A stretch of 60,777 nucleotides of DNA, counting the filler, from Hausera hauseri (lineage: Eukaryota): assembly GCA_046269625.1 (NCBI GenBank). It is 11 parts of 11 records of this genome, joined end to end, with 100 filler letters (N's around TTAATTAATTAA, not from the genome) between each part and the next. Parts side by side here need not be neighbours in the genome. Positions count along the whole stretch, not along the records: positions 20,457 to 24,888 come from JBJURY010584889.1; positions 24,989 to 29,414 come from JBJURY010588666.1; positions 29,515 to 36,391 come from JBJURY010055552.1; 8 more parts are not named here. One strand, 5' to 3'. Positions 23,741 to 35,810 of the stretch are shown here, in pieces. The position numbers were made by a program, and so were the translations under genes. Each line of letters begins with the position of its first letter. Positions within the stretch are counted from its first letter, which is position 1. The notes below the pieces were generated by a model that was not told where the DNA came from, searched no databases, and was given only the letters and a program-made list of their open reading frames with translations.

Positions 23741-24446
23741 TTTAGTAACCAGTTGCAACGTTGAAACGGAGCAGCTATTATAAATCCAAAATAAAAAGGG
23801 CTAATGAACAACGCTTTATTATTTATAATTCAAAAAATTATCTATAAATTATTAAAAATCAATTTTGGTACAATATATACAATAATATTACAAGGTTCTT
23901 CTATTTTTCTGAAACACATAGACACACGTTGTGAATAGAATGATGAAAAGTTCATTTGGTTTTGGAACAATTTTTGATGATGCAACAAAAATGATAATCC
24001 TTTATCGCTTGATTTAATTGACGATCCTGAAAGAGTCACTTGTTGGAAAGATTGTTATCTCCGCTTGAAGTTGAATTTTCGCCTCTGAGGAAACAAGTTG
24101 TGCCCGCGACCGCGGCGTCATATGACCCAGTGGCCAGATTAAGACTGTAAAGAGAAGAATAAATGGAGATTGTAGTAGGAAAAAGAACTTGTACTCAATG
24201 GGTTTTGGTCCGTGTTAGTCTTTGGACTCCATCTATGAACGTCTCCCTGCTGTAAGTACTACATGTCACTTGGTGTGACCTGTTAGATGTTACTGGGGCT
24301 TGTGGAGTTTTTTGAGGTAGAGATGCTGTGGATTTTGTGGTGTTCTGGGAGGATGCCTCATGATGATGTGAAAGTAAAGAAGAAGCTGAAAAAAGAAAAG
24401 GATCACGTGAAGTAGACGAAACTGGAGATGGCAGTGAATTAAGAGA

Positions 24447-24888
24447 TAGTAGGGGAAAAATGCGGGTTCTCTCTCACCTGGGGTGGGGGTAATTGATAAA
24501 TCAATTTTGCACATGTGCCAATCGATAGTGCACACAGTACGTGTACTATCGGTCGGTAGTGTGCTAGGCGACGTTGCCGCAAAGCACTGTTGTTATGCGC
24601 ATTTTTGCACATTTCACAAATCAATCGTTGCACAGTGCAGTATTGATCAAATCGATCGGAACAACGTGCTTATCGGTAGTATACATCAGTGCGCATCGAT
24701 TGGTGCATAGTGCAGATGTGCAGCACACGTAAAAATGTGCAAAAATCAATAATATCGGATTTACTATATTCACAATATTGATTATTGGAGCACGGCACCG
24801 CGTGCAATCGGAAGCACACATGATGCACTGTGTGAATGTGCAGTTAGAATTTAAATATATTGATTGGTTTTCGAATAATTGCCAACTG
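24447..24888 (+). repeat. Interspersed non-coding repeat rich in ATCGAT/GTGCAC palindromes
   Basis: Colinear with 59584-60030 (both start agtaggg(g)aaaaaatg and contain tgtgcagttagaatttaa..tattgattggtttt.gaataattgccaactg). Confidence 0.8.
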
Positions 24889-24988
24889 NNNNNNNNNNNN
24901 NNNNNNNNNNNNNNNNNNNNNNNNNNNNNNNNTTAATTAATTAANNNNNNNNNNNNNNNNNNNNNNNNNNNNNNNNNNNNNNNNNNNN
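24889..24988. other. Artificial contig spacer
   Basis: N44-TTAATTAATTAA-N44. Confidence 0.98.
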
Positions 24989-26550
24989 TAATTCGGACCA
25001 TTCCCGCAGTTGATTAGCTATTATCGGCTTTGCTAATATAGCCTTGTCTAGCATCTTATATGCATCCTTTAATTCATCATCTGGACCTTTTATGAAATTC
25101 ATAATCCGGCCGACATAACTAAACTCATCCTTATATTCATCAATTTCTTCCATAGAAGCTTTTATTACGTATTTGGTTTCTTCTTTATTTAGAAACATAA
25201 TTCGGTTTCTCAAACTACAAATTTGTGTTCACTTTTTATTTTACATTTTGGTACGGTTTTCTAGGTTCGTATATTGTTTGGGTAGAGCGAAGGAGATTTT
25301 TATCATCTCCATTAAGGGAGAAATATCTACTGGGTCTACACCCAACATCTCTAAATCAATATCACTTCGATGGTTAACCGGTTTTCCTCTAAGCCGATTA
25401 ATCTTTGCACAGCAAATTTCATCCATCTTACGCTCTATCTTACGGACTACTGTCTTAAGTTTTGGGTTTGCTTCTAATGTAGACAGTAGCGTCTGGGCTT
25501 TATCGACTTTTACATCAATACTATCTTCGTTTAGCACCATCCTTCCGAAAATTCGACTTCACTTTTAATCATTGATTCTCTTTCACGCTTCCATTTTAGC
25601 AAAGTTTCATGTGGTACCTCCTCAGGTTTCCTAAGTTGATTGCTTCATATAGCTTCCCTCCACTACATAATTTTAAACTTTTATATAACCTCTCAGCAAA
25701 CTGTTGCTCTTTACCGGATATATCTACTTGTTCACTAATCTGCTTAAGCCTTTCCAAATTTTGTTGTAATATTTCTAGATCGTGGCATCTATTTCTCGTT
25801 TTCTTTAATCCATCGGCATTTTTCCACGAACGTCGGATTTTCTACTTTCTTGGATCAAAATCATCAATATTTCCCGTTTCGTCCTTAGTAGTGGAAAGTG
25901 GGCAAATCTTGTTAATTTCGTTAACTGACTCTGCAGATTCTTTTACCTCGATAGGTGTGAATGGACCTATTTCGGGTGTATTTAATCTAGGCTCTACGTC
26001 GCTCTCTACAGCGATGGTCGTATTTTTTGTTTCTTCTATTTTCTCTCTAGTTTCTTGCAAACATGAACGACTTCTACGTTTCGTTTTCGGTGTAGGGCTG
26101 CGGCCTCTATCTTTCGTAATTTTAAGTATTAATGGTTCCATGAATTCTTTTTCTGCTATATCATCTTCAGTAACCTTGTCTACTTTTTTAACCGTGAACT
26201 CAGGCTCTGCATCTAAGTCGACTTCTGTCGAAGTTCCTGGTTTATCTGCTGTTTTATTACTTGTCCTAACACTCTTCTTTCGTGTCATATCAATTCCTTT
26301 GGGTGCTATCGCGTACTCATATTCAGTTTCTGGTTCTGATAAACCATTATACACTTCTAATAGTCTTAGCTTATCTCCGTATTCTTTTCTAGTCATCAAA
26401 ATTTGTGGATTAATAGATTCAGGTTAAGCATCTAGAAATTTTCGCAAGTCTTGTATGTCGATAATAGTACCTGTATCTCCACGAGCACCATACTTTGCCT
26501 CTAAGTTTTCATTAACTTTAATCATACTAGTCCTATTATGAGCCGTAAAT
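24989..26550 (-). pseudogene. Unknown coiled-coil ORF 'X' directly following the gag zinc knuckle
   Basis: EPETEYEYAIAPK, PLILKITKDRGRS, EINKICPL and NPKLKTV..NRLRGKPV..DLEMLGVDP match 52249-53584; no protease or RT motifs. Confidence 0.7.
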
Positions 26551-26554
26551 GAAA

Positions 26555-27565
26555 CGTTGCGTGGATTTGGACATGTTCATGCTATGTATCCTTCTTTACC
26601 GCAGGTAAAACAAACTAAGTTTCCATTACTACCAATTTTTTGTCGACTGTCTTCATTTACTGGCGATTTAGATCTATTTGAACTCCTATTATTCGGGTTC
26701 GACGAACATTATGTACTATATGCATTTCGTCGACTATCATTATTTTGATTATCATCGTGACGATTTTGATAGTTAGGACTTTTATAGTTTCCTCGATTTC
26801 TATCCGAATTGGAATTCGACTTATTTATATTTCGTTCGCTAGCATAATTATTATTTCGGATACTCGTATTGTCGTTATTACTATTTTTCTTTTCATAATT
26901 TCTATTTTCATTAAATCGTCTATCGTCTCTATCGATATGATCATTCCGATTATTATTCCTATCATTTCTATCATTCTGTCTGGCATATCTATCGAGTGTT
27001 ATCTCTACGTCTCGGGCCAATTGCCGAATTCGCTCAAAATTCTCAGGTCTGGCAAAATACCATTAATTAATTGAGTCGTCATCATGACGTCTAGATCTGG
27101 CGGGGTTACCTTTTCCGCAGCATCACGTTCCGCGCCTGATTTAGCTTTTGCTACATTAGCTATTCTTAAGGTACTTACATAACTATTAGCGAGTTTCTTC
27201 AATGCAAATGCAAACTGGGTTACCGATTCACGCTTCTGTTGCACTCTTTTATGAAATGCCATAAGCTTCTGTTGCGGCGTTACTGTTGGCAATAATTTAC
27301 GGTTTAATGTTCCTAATAGGGAGGACTAAGATTTATTCTCATCATTAGTGAGCTCGCTATAAGTATCAACGGCCAAATTCTTCAAGTACAGCAACAAACG
27401 TTTAATCATCACTTCCGGAGTAAGACTAGCACCTTCTGCTTGCAACTTATAAGTTCTCAAAAATTCATTTAACCCGTCCGAATCACCATCGTTTGAAGGC
27501 AGGTTCAAAGAATCAAAAGTAAAGATGTCCAGTTTCCGCGCTACTGGTGGGTTATCTGCTGCCAT
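26555..27565 (-). pseudogene. gag: Gypsy gag (capsid + CCHC knuckle)
   Basis: NEFLRTYKLQA..RLLLYLKNLAVDTYSEL, FHKRVQQKRESVTQFAFALKKLA (retrotransposon capsid), N/R-rich linker, VCFTCGKEGYIA*TCP at ~26568-26612. Confidence 0.82.
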
Positions 27566-27948
27566 ATTAGTCTCAAAATTTACTTTTTAACTTTAGGTTT
27601 TACAAGAGGAATTTTAAACTTATCGACTCAGTTAACAGCGGTTAAGTCTGTATTAACTAAATTTACTCTAGTTTCAGGAAGTGAAAGTTTATCTAACATT
27701 TTGTTATCTCTATATATATTTCTATGCGTCTGGTGTATAGGCGAGTTTACTTTGTCGTTTAAATCAAGGTTTACTTTTAATCTATCAATATTCGTTCTCA
27801 AAAGAATTTTACTTTAAACCCTATTCAACTTATAACCCGAATTTTAAGACTTTTCAAACTATATTCGATTACCTGATGTGGGCCGCTGATCGCCGATATG
27901 TCGTTAATTAACTCTTAGCTGAAGTAAAGTCTAGCGAGGCACTAATCT

Positions 27949-27966
27949 GTCCTGCTAGGGTTGCCA
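27949..27966 (-). promoter_or_regulatory. Primer-binding site (probably tRNA-Arg)
   Basis: TGGCAACCCTAGCAGGA lies 2 nt after the LTR end; tRNA identity is inferred from resemblance to Arg 3' ends. Confidence 0.6.
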
Positions 27967-27968
27967 AA

Positions 27969-28703
27969 TGTTATATACTCGAGTGGCCGTTATACAACTC
28001 CCATTATATAACAATAATTACACTTGAATTTTAAAAATTCTTAATACAGGTAAGGTCTACGTTATTGAGTAGACAGCTTGTGCCTTATTTCAAATAGTTT
28101 AAATCAGTAGTGCTGGTACTCGCTTGCGGTCCCGGGCAGAAATTTTAACAAAATTCTAGTCTTATGCTATTTTACAGTAGACGTTTTCCACTAAGGTAGT
28201 CTAATTATCCTTATGGGGCAATGGAAACTGTACAAGATTTTTAAAATAACAGTTTATATTTAATACAACAATAATAATTACTAAATCAACACGAAGTTTT
28301 CTCCAATATCGTTCTCAGTCAATTATTCAATTAAGTTCGTTCTAGACTAATATATCAGTTCAATCGTTTCGCTGTTACTGAATTTCTCGTCGATTCACAA
28401 TGTTTCACAATTTCTAGTATCTCTGCTGACATTCAACTTATTTATATATTTCTGGTCTATCACGTGAGTGTGTACGTGACCAGTTAATTGCAATTTAACT
28501 GATTTTCTGTACTTTTCATTCTCTTTTTCTGGTTTTAGAAATGTTTTAATTCGACATAAATTCATTGTCTTCTCCAAAAATTTCAAAATTTATGTCCGAT
28601 TATTGCTGAATTCTTTTTTTATATTTGTACAAATTCCTAAGTTTGTACAATTATTAGAAATAATCATAAAATAATAATTATTCACAATATGTTGTTTATA
28701 ACA
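27969..28703 (-). repeat. 5' LTR (~735 bp)
   Basis: Terminal inverted repeats TGTTATA...TATAACA, followed by a PBS and gag. Confidence 0.75.
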
Positions 28704-28759
28704 GTGTTTACAAATTGGACGTCTTTACATCATTTGGACTTTTCCAACATATATATAGT

Positions 28760-29414
28760 AGGGTAAAAATGTATGTTCTGCGCCAGGGGGTTCCACTTGC
28801 GCAATTCCATAATTGCGCCACTACCCGTGCGATTTGCATAACTTCCGGCGGTTTCCTGCGTAATTTCCGGTAAATTTTGCGCACTTTGGGCATAAATTAC
28901 GCGATTTAGACGCAATTTTCCCAGGAAATTGCGCATCGCGTTACGCGCAATCGATCGCGTCAAAAAATTGTGCAAAAATATCCTGTTATTACGCAATCAC
29001 CGTTAAAGAAAGTGTTTTTTTTTGCGAATTTCGTGAGAACCTAAAAACATTTTACCTTTTTCTCAACGGATTCCAACTTAGCTCAGCAGCGCGGTTCGAA
29101 CGGTATATAACATTGTCTGGTAAGTGGAACAGCGGGCCGAGGAAACCCTAGGTATGTTCTGCGCCAGTCCGGTTTTTTCAATGAAAATCGTCGGAAATTC
29201 AATATATCAGCTCGCAGAATACCTATGGAGTTGATTAAGGTGTCGTTCGATGCGTTTCCATGAGGCGAGTCGAATGAATGTAGTATCGACAGCATTGGAT
29301 CACCGGGACCGAAGGTATGAGTAGAAAACTGAGCAAAAAATTATTTTTAATTGAGCACTGCTCACAATTTAAATAACATCCGGTAAAACGCCTTTAGCTC
29401 GATCCATAATGGCT
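28760..29414. repeat. Non-coding, CG/palindrome-rich repeat-like sequence (possible DNA-transposon remnant)
   Basis: Internal duplication gtatgttctgcgccag (~28771 and ~29152), many short palindromes, no coding motif. Confidence 0.35.
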
Positions 29415-29514
29415 NNNNNNNNNNNNNNNNNNNNNNNNNNNNNNNNNNNNNNNNNNNNTTAATTAATTAANNNNNNNNNNNNNNNNNNNNNNNNNNNNNN
29501 NNNNNNNNNNNNNN
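29415..29514. other. Artificial contig spacer
   Basis: N44-TTAATTAATTAA-N44. Confidence 0.98.
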
Positions 29515-29794
29515 AACTGGTTAAAGCCGTCCAGGTCAACCCTACCTGACGGCGTCCTGTTTAATATAAAGTAAAGAGAGCCTAATAAACCGTAAGGCCA
29601 AGTAAATATAAGCCCACAGGCAACAGTTGACCCGACACATTACCTATAGGTTAGTGATAGGTAGGACTGTTACCTCTGATTGCATCTAGCCCACAAGTCT
29701 TGACAGTCAACTGAGTGCCTATTTTTGTTCTTTCCACTAATTTGAATAAAGCATTATTAAGCCTCTCCCAACTCAAATTGGTGTAGATTGAACA
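29515..29794 (+). repeat. 3' part of an LTR (solo or 3' LTR) of the tRNA-His-primed Gypsy family
   Basis: Colinear with 39622-39913 (gccgtccaggtcaa, acacattacctatagg.tagtgataggtagga, ends gattgaaca); AATAAA present; no PBS after it. Confidence 0.8.
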
Positions 29795-30152
29795 AAAACG
29801 CTTTTAACGGAATAACCATTTAGGAGATTTTCTAACAAGTTTCCATTTTTTTCTGATATTGAATTCAACGATCCATTGGATGAAATATCACTACTGAGAC
29901 TGGACGCATCCTTATTTATATTGTCTTCTATTCCAGATTTTATAGACAATGCTTCAGCTCCAAGTTTCAAAATGAACATATTTCCAACTATAAAAATAGT
30001 TCTGTAGTTCTGAAATTCCTGAATGTGTTTCACCGATATTTAGAAACTAGTTTAATTAGCCAATGAAATGTAAAGTACAGACTTGTAATACGAAGGTTTA
30101 TATCAAATACTCATAAACAGTCAGTAATGCACTTTTAACTATTTGTCTGTCA

Positions 30153-30515
30153 CTACCAAATGCATGTTGACCAAAGACAAATAGAATATTTGTCTGTCTG
30201 TTTAATATAAATGTCGTTGTGATACCAACTGATCTCTGGAACTGGATGTCCAACAACAATTGCTTTAAATGTTGCGGTTCCTTTCAATGCAACTGTTGAG
30301 TTTTGTGGCTTTTTAATAAAATTCTGGAGTTCTAAATAAGGACCTGTACTGTCTAAACTTTCTGAATGCACTAATACGCTTACATTTTTGTGCATTAAGC
30401 ACTTCCAAATGGATCTTTCACGATAACACAATATTTGCCTTCATCATCATGGAATACTTCATGAATATAGAGAGTAGCCACATTTTCATCTCGGAATAAC
30501 TTGTAATCCTTTGAC
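30153..30515 (-). pseudogene. Host Ig I-set domain gene fragment (titin/twitchin-like)
   Basis: ATLYIHEVFHDDEGKYCVIVKDPFGSA and FIKKPQNSTVALKGTATFKAIVVGHPVPEISWYHN. Confidence 0.8.
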
Positions 30516-30519
30516 ACTT

Positions 30520-30640
30520 TAAGGCGGAAAATCGGGACCCGCCTATGCGTCCGACGCGTCGGCAGCGCAAAATCCGGCCGTGCACAACCGAATGGGCCGG
30601 AGGGCAAAGATCGACGTGGGTGCCACATCACCCCCCCCCC
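30520..30640 (-). repeat. Polypurine tract (G10, 30631-30640) and start of the 3' LTR (TGATGTGG from 30630)
   Basis: Reverse complement reads GGGGGGGGGG|TGATGTGGCA; the related element's LTR ends in ACATCA (58131-58136). Confidence 0.75.
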
Positions 30641-30703
30641 GTGGCAAAGTTAGAACTATAAAGAATAAAAGAAAGAGAGAAAAAAAGCGCAAAACAAAGT
30701 GTG

Positions 30704-33700
30704 TTAGTTGAGTTTAGTATGTATAAGGCGTTGAATATCTTCGACTGATTTTTCCCTGCTATATTGACTGAATGTGACTCTGCGTGTTGTGTGTTTTTGT
30801 GCAATGTTTTTGTCTGCAGAAATTGAGGTTGGGGAAAAATTGGTAGATTTTGGTGTAGGTGTTATGTCGTGCGAAGATGAGTCAGAAGGTGAAGAAGGTG
30901 AATAAGGAAGAGTGATTGTTGAAGACGGAGGGTTAAAAGTATTGAAAAGAGTGTTAGAAGACGAAGGAGTGATGAAAGGTGTAGTGGTGGATAAAGAAAG
31001 AAAGGAAAAAGTTGGAGTAGAGATTGGGTTTGTGTTGAATAAAAGAGTGGAAGAGGAAGATGAAACAGAAGGAGTGGTAACGATAAAAAGAGTGGTAGGA
31101 ATAGAAGGAGGAAGTGTAGAAAATGACGTAGTAATACTAGGCACGGGAAGGGAAGGTGGAAATGGTGTAGCAATAGATGTAGTAATAGCAGGGAGTAGGG
31201 CAGTAAGAAAAGAAGTTGAAGTGTCGGTTGGTATGGTGTCGTCGACAAAGAAAGCGGGCTTTAGGTTAGTAATGTGTACTGTGAAGTCTTTGCTATCTTT
31301 AGTGGTAATGGCGTTATGCAAGTGGAGCTGTATAAGTTTATAGGGCCCCAGGTACCGTGGCTGGAAACCGCAAGGAGCTTGATTCTTCAGCCATACGAAT
31401 TTAGCCGTGCACAAATCTTCAGGTAAGTTTTATCTTTGTGAAGTATCTTTCAGAACGAATCTCTGCTGACCTCGACAAAGTGATTTTGCGCCGCTCATAT
31501 TGTCTCATCTGTGGGATTGTCATCTAGGGCGGTTAGTTCGAATAATGATCGGACAGGAGCTTCGAATAAGGCTTCAGTAGGTGAGCATCCTGTAGAAGTG
31601 GACGGAGCGTTACGCCAGCCGAGCAGAACGAACGGAAGAAGATTGGTCCAACTACTGTTGGACTCTGCAAGAATGCGTAGTGACGTTTTCAATGTTCCGT
31701 GGTAACGTTCTAAGAGGCCATTAGATTGGGAATGATAAGGTGTAGTATGAATATGGTGGATCCGCAATCGGTTAACGACGGATTTGAACAGGTTGGACTC
31801 AAACTATGGACAATGGTGCGTGATGACGAAGCGAGGTAATCCAAACCTGCTAATCCATGTGCGAATGAAAACGTCAGCTATGGTGTCAGTGTTTGTGCTC
31901 CACAGATGGATGGCTTCTGGCCTTCACGAGGAACGGTCCATCATGGTGAGGATAAATTGATGACCGTTTTCTGGAGGAAGAGGAACAACGATGTCGATAT
32001 GCACGAACTCGAAGCGCGATGTGCAGGGAAAGTGGAATAGTGGTGGCTTTAAATGCTTAGTTGTTTTGTACTTTTGGCATGCCACACACTCCTTAACCCA
32101 TGCCTGCACATCAGAACGCATTGACGTCTATATTACTTGTCGATGAAGTAGATGAAAAGTGGCGTTAGCACCAGGATGGTGTAGTAAATGCTCATGGTGA
32201 AATACTTGCTTTACAATGAAGATGCTAAAATTTTTACCGATTGTTTTAATTTGGAGGTGTCCAAAGCCATGCCGTCAACGATTGTGCAAGATTTAAAAGA
32301 CTTAAGCATGTCTTGAGGTGGATGGTTCTGTTGAAGTTCTTGCGTAAAAATCGGAGAAAAACTAATTGAACTAACCGACCTCGATAAAAAATCAGCAACG
32401 AAATTTCTAACTCTGTTTATATGTTTAGTATCGAAGTTAAATGTCGATAAGTATGATATTTGTCGTTCTTGGCGTGTGGAAGGATGTTTCATAGCCATGA
32501 TGTTAAGTAAAGGCTTGTGATCAGTTTGTAGAGTGAAACGATGAGCGACAAGTAAATGTGAAAAGTGCTTTAAAGAGAGAACGATTGTTAATAGTTCTCA
32601 ATCAAACGTGGAATATCTGGTTTCAGTTGCGGTTAGCTTGCGGGAGAAAAATTCTAAAGGTTGGATTTTACTCTTGTAGATTTGGTGGATTACAGCGCCT
32701 ACCGAAGTGGTTGACGTGTCAGTGGTGAGGATGAGCTCTGCATCAGGCTTGGGAAAGGTTAGAATATTTACTGTTTTGATGCCTTCGCGTAGCTTGTTGA
32801 ATTTGTCAATTAGTTCAGGTATCCACTGGATTGGTTGGTTTTTTTGCCGCCGCTTAGGTGTGCGAATGGTGTTGTCAATTCCAAACAATATGGTACGTAT
32901 TTATGTATCAAGTGGAGTGTGCCAAGGAAGCTGCGCATTTCACTGGTCGTACGAGGCTATTGGATGTTTTTAAAAGCTTCGACTCGGTCTGATTGGGAAG
33001 AGTGACCGTCTGGTGTAATAACGTGGCCTAAAAAGTTTATGCGCTTTTTGAAAAATTGGCATTTGTCAAAAATGATTTGTAGATTATGATGGTTGAGACG
33101 TTGAAATATTTCTCAAAGGTGTTCTTCACGTTGTTTGGCCGAAGATGAAACGACTAGAATGTCGTCGATATAATAGAAAGAATTGAATCGATGTGCCGCT
33201 GAAAAGTTTGTGCGGCATTCCGCCAAACCAGATGGCATAAATAGATATTCATAAAGGCCAAAAGGAGTAGTTACTGCGGTTTTTCCTATATCTTCGGGTG
33301 CTACCGGTATTTGATGGTATGCTTTAGCTAAATCAATGGTTGAATAGATGGTGGTTGAATTGAGATGATGCAGGATATCCTTGATGAGTGGTAAAGGATA
33401 CGCGTCCATGATAGTCAAGTTGTTTAACTGTCGGTAGTCACCGCATGGTCTAAAAGTACCTTCCTTTTTTGTACAACGTGTAACGGTGGTGACCAAGGAG
33501 ATTTGGAACGGCGTACTATGCCGGAACGTTCTAGCTCGAGAAATTCGGTTTCTACGGCCTGTCTACGGCGAGGTGACAAAGGCCGTACCTTTTGGCTTAT
33601 TAAACGTTGATGCTTTGTGACTATATGGTGTAAAGTGCTGTTGGCTGGAGTAAAAGGTACCATCTTTTTTAAGTACGCGTGGACATGACTTGTTGATAAA

Positions 33701-34400
33701 TTGCTGTAACGCTGTATGTAGCTGTGAGAAATTCAGTGAAAGTAGTGGAACGATTTGAGTGGTTGCGGATGCAGTGTGTGACTTGTTAGGTGGTGTGCAG
33801 TCAAGTGGTATTTGGTGTAAGATGCTTGAATTGAAAATGGTGTTGTATAAAGTTACTTCGCTGAATGGAACAACGTTGGTGGCAGTACCACAATTATCGA
33901 CATTGAACTTCGATCGAATGTCAATATTATTATTTAAAAATTTACGAATATAATTATTATGAAAATTCGAATTAATCGTTGATTTTTTAAGATTAATTTC
34001 CGCATTCCGATCGACTGCGCGATAGTCGAAACGCTATTTACATGTCCAGAAATGTCGCCAACGGTGCCTTTCCTCAAACATTGCTGACTGCAGTCGACCA
34101 GTAAGTTATAATGTGATAGAAAGTTAGATACGAGAATTGCCGTCTGGACGTTAGCGACTGTGAACGTCCAGTAGAAGGGTGAAAGAAAATTCGGCAGAAT
34201 GAAAGATGGTTTAGTCGTACCAGAAATGTGCAGCGGTTGGCCTGAAGCAGTATATAAAGGATTAAGTTTAAATGAAGAATCTTGTGTAGGAAAGGTTTGC
34301 GGTAATAGAGAATTTGCTGCACCTGTATCGATGAGAAAGTCAACAGATTGTGTTGAAGGGGCAGTGATTGCAGCCTTTAGAGTAAAGAATGCAAAAGAGA
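30704..34400 (-). pseudogene. pol: pol (PR-RT-RH-IN) with a long Ser/Thr/Pro-rich C-terminal tail
   Basis: ORF pieces 33934-34605, 33424-33663, 33113-33496, 32598-32888, 32211-32498, 31924-32121, 31495-31767 and 30704-31414. Confidence 0.9.
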
Positions 34401-34529
34401 CGTGTCGGCATGAAGAGTGTGAATTAGTGCAATCGCCAGAGTTTGCAATAACTGCTGGTGGCGAAGTTAGTTTTTTGGAAAGGTAAACTGGGACGACTGT
34501 GAGAAGTGAAGGCAGTACGTTCGTCGTTC

Positions 34530-35562
34530 GTACTGGGTTTGAAGATGCAGCCGGGGATACATTTATATGCTTGATTTTTGAATCTTGCATGGTAAATACA
34601 GACAACGGTGTCGGAGGAAAAATTTTTATTATAGAACTTGCAGCCTAGGCAGCACTTTTGAGCATTAGTGTTAAATCTGCTGTGGTAATAGCAGATTGAC
34701 GAACGTGCAGGCGATGGTGAGCGGTTTTATGACGCAGAACGGGTACAATATGCGGAAAAACCCCCTCAGCGGGACAGTGACAACTCGTTTAGTTTGTTAT
34801 TGATATTATTAATTGTTGCTTGTAGTGCAATGCTTTCAGCACGTAGCTGGTTGAGTTGTTGTTCTATGGATGTAGTATTTGATTGTATGTCGTTAGATGC
34901 GACTGCTTCTGAAACTATTAGTTGAGAATTTGTGTGTAGGACATCGTATGTCCTATCGGCCAATTCGGTTAATTTATCAAGCGGCGTGGAGTCTCCCACC
35001 ACGGTAAGAAGGAACCGTATTTGGATATGTAGGGCATTCAGAAAATAATGGCGTAGAAGATCTGGGTTATGCTGCTTAGTTACTCCAAGAGTACGCAAGT
35101 GTGCTAACGAGGTGCGTAGGAAGTCACTGGGTTCTTGTGTTCCCAGTCCATTTACATTAAAGAAACGTTGCATTATGGAGACAATTGAAGGTTCGGTCTG
35201 TTTTAAGAGAACGTCAAATAATTGGATATAAGGAACAGGGTGTTAAAAATGTCTAGCAGGTTATGTATTGATGCTTTTATTGAGTTGGGGCGAAGATAGA
35301 ATAAGCTGTGAGCTTTAGATAAGGAGTCTGTGATACCATTAGACTGTAGCCAGAGTTGATGGAAGTGAGGCCACGTTTTACTGGATTTTTCATTATCTGT
35401 GAAGTAATCTATGCAATGTGTATAAGTATAAACTGGGTTTTTGTTGGAAGAATTTGCGTCGGTAAAAATAGGTGTATGATTTGGTCTGGTGTAGTAGAGA
35501 ATGGTTATTGGCTTTTTTGTAGTGGTTGTATTCGTGGTGTCAGTGATTGGTGGAGAGTTCAT
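34530..35562 (-). pseudogene. gag: gag with two tandem CHCC zinc knuckles
   Basis: GLGTQEPSDFLR..LLRHYFLNAL..LDKLTELADR; CYYHSRFNTNAQKCCLGC and CIYHARFKNQAYKCIPGC. Confidence 0.8.
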
Positions 35563-35680
35563 TCCACCACGGATACGGAGATGTATGTTGAAGCAAGTGT
35601 AATTTTAAAAGGAAGGTAAAGTTTCACTGAAGTGTATAATAGCACCATTTAGAGTGAGACAGAAGTCTGAAGAACCAATG
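35563..35680 (-). pseudogene. C-terminal half of a ubiquitin-like domain in frame with gag
   Basis: SSDFCLTLNGAIIHFSETLPSF*NYTCFNIHLRIRGG|MNS (cf. ubiquitin QRLIFAGKQL...TLHLVLRLRGG). Confidence 0.7.
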
Positions 35681-35689
35681 TCCTCATCA

Positions 35690-35810
35690 AAATCCACATC
35701 ATCCTCATCACGAAACAGAAATACATTAATTGACAAATGTGGATTCTGCCTCTTAAATTTGCCTGTATTGCATATTTTCATTGGCATATCTTCCAAAGAA
35801 TATTTCAGCT
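35690..35810 (-). pseudogene. Short Polinton pPolB N-terminal-like fragment
   Basis: DMPMKICNTGKFKRQNPHLSINVFLF resembles WMPMKLKTIPAFKRRNPTQAINVFRY in the 21945 piece. Confidence 0.5.

Larger units (their letters stand above)
30520..35680 (-). mobile_element. CsRn1-clade-like Ty3/Gypsy retrotransposon: Ubl-gag-pol, PPT, partial 3' LTR
   Basis: gag with CHCC knuckles, PR FLIDTGA, RT YYIDDIL, RNase H TDTSTT..LEFFSRKL, integrase HIDIVVPLP..TTPYHSQSNGLLER, G10 PPT and TGATGT LTR start. Confidence 0.9.

Noticed and set aside
25609-26427. 272-aa plus-strand ORF and similar antisense ORFs (e.g. 30912-31343, 42555-42962, 46351-46770)
   Set aside because: These are shadows of opposite-strand coding regions with no motifs of their own
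26455-26500. GDTGT after the gag knuckle as an aspartic protease active site
   Set aside because: It lacks the preceding hydrophobic strand and the downstream ILG-D motif, and the homologue at ~53555 reads GDISM; a very degenerate protease is not fully excluded
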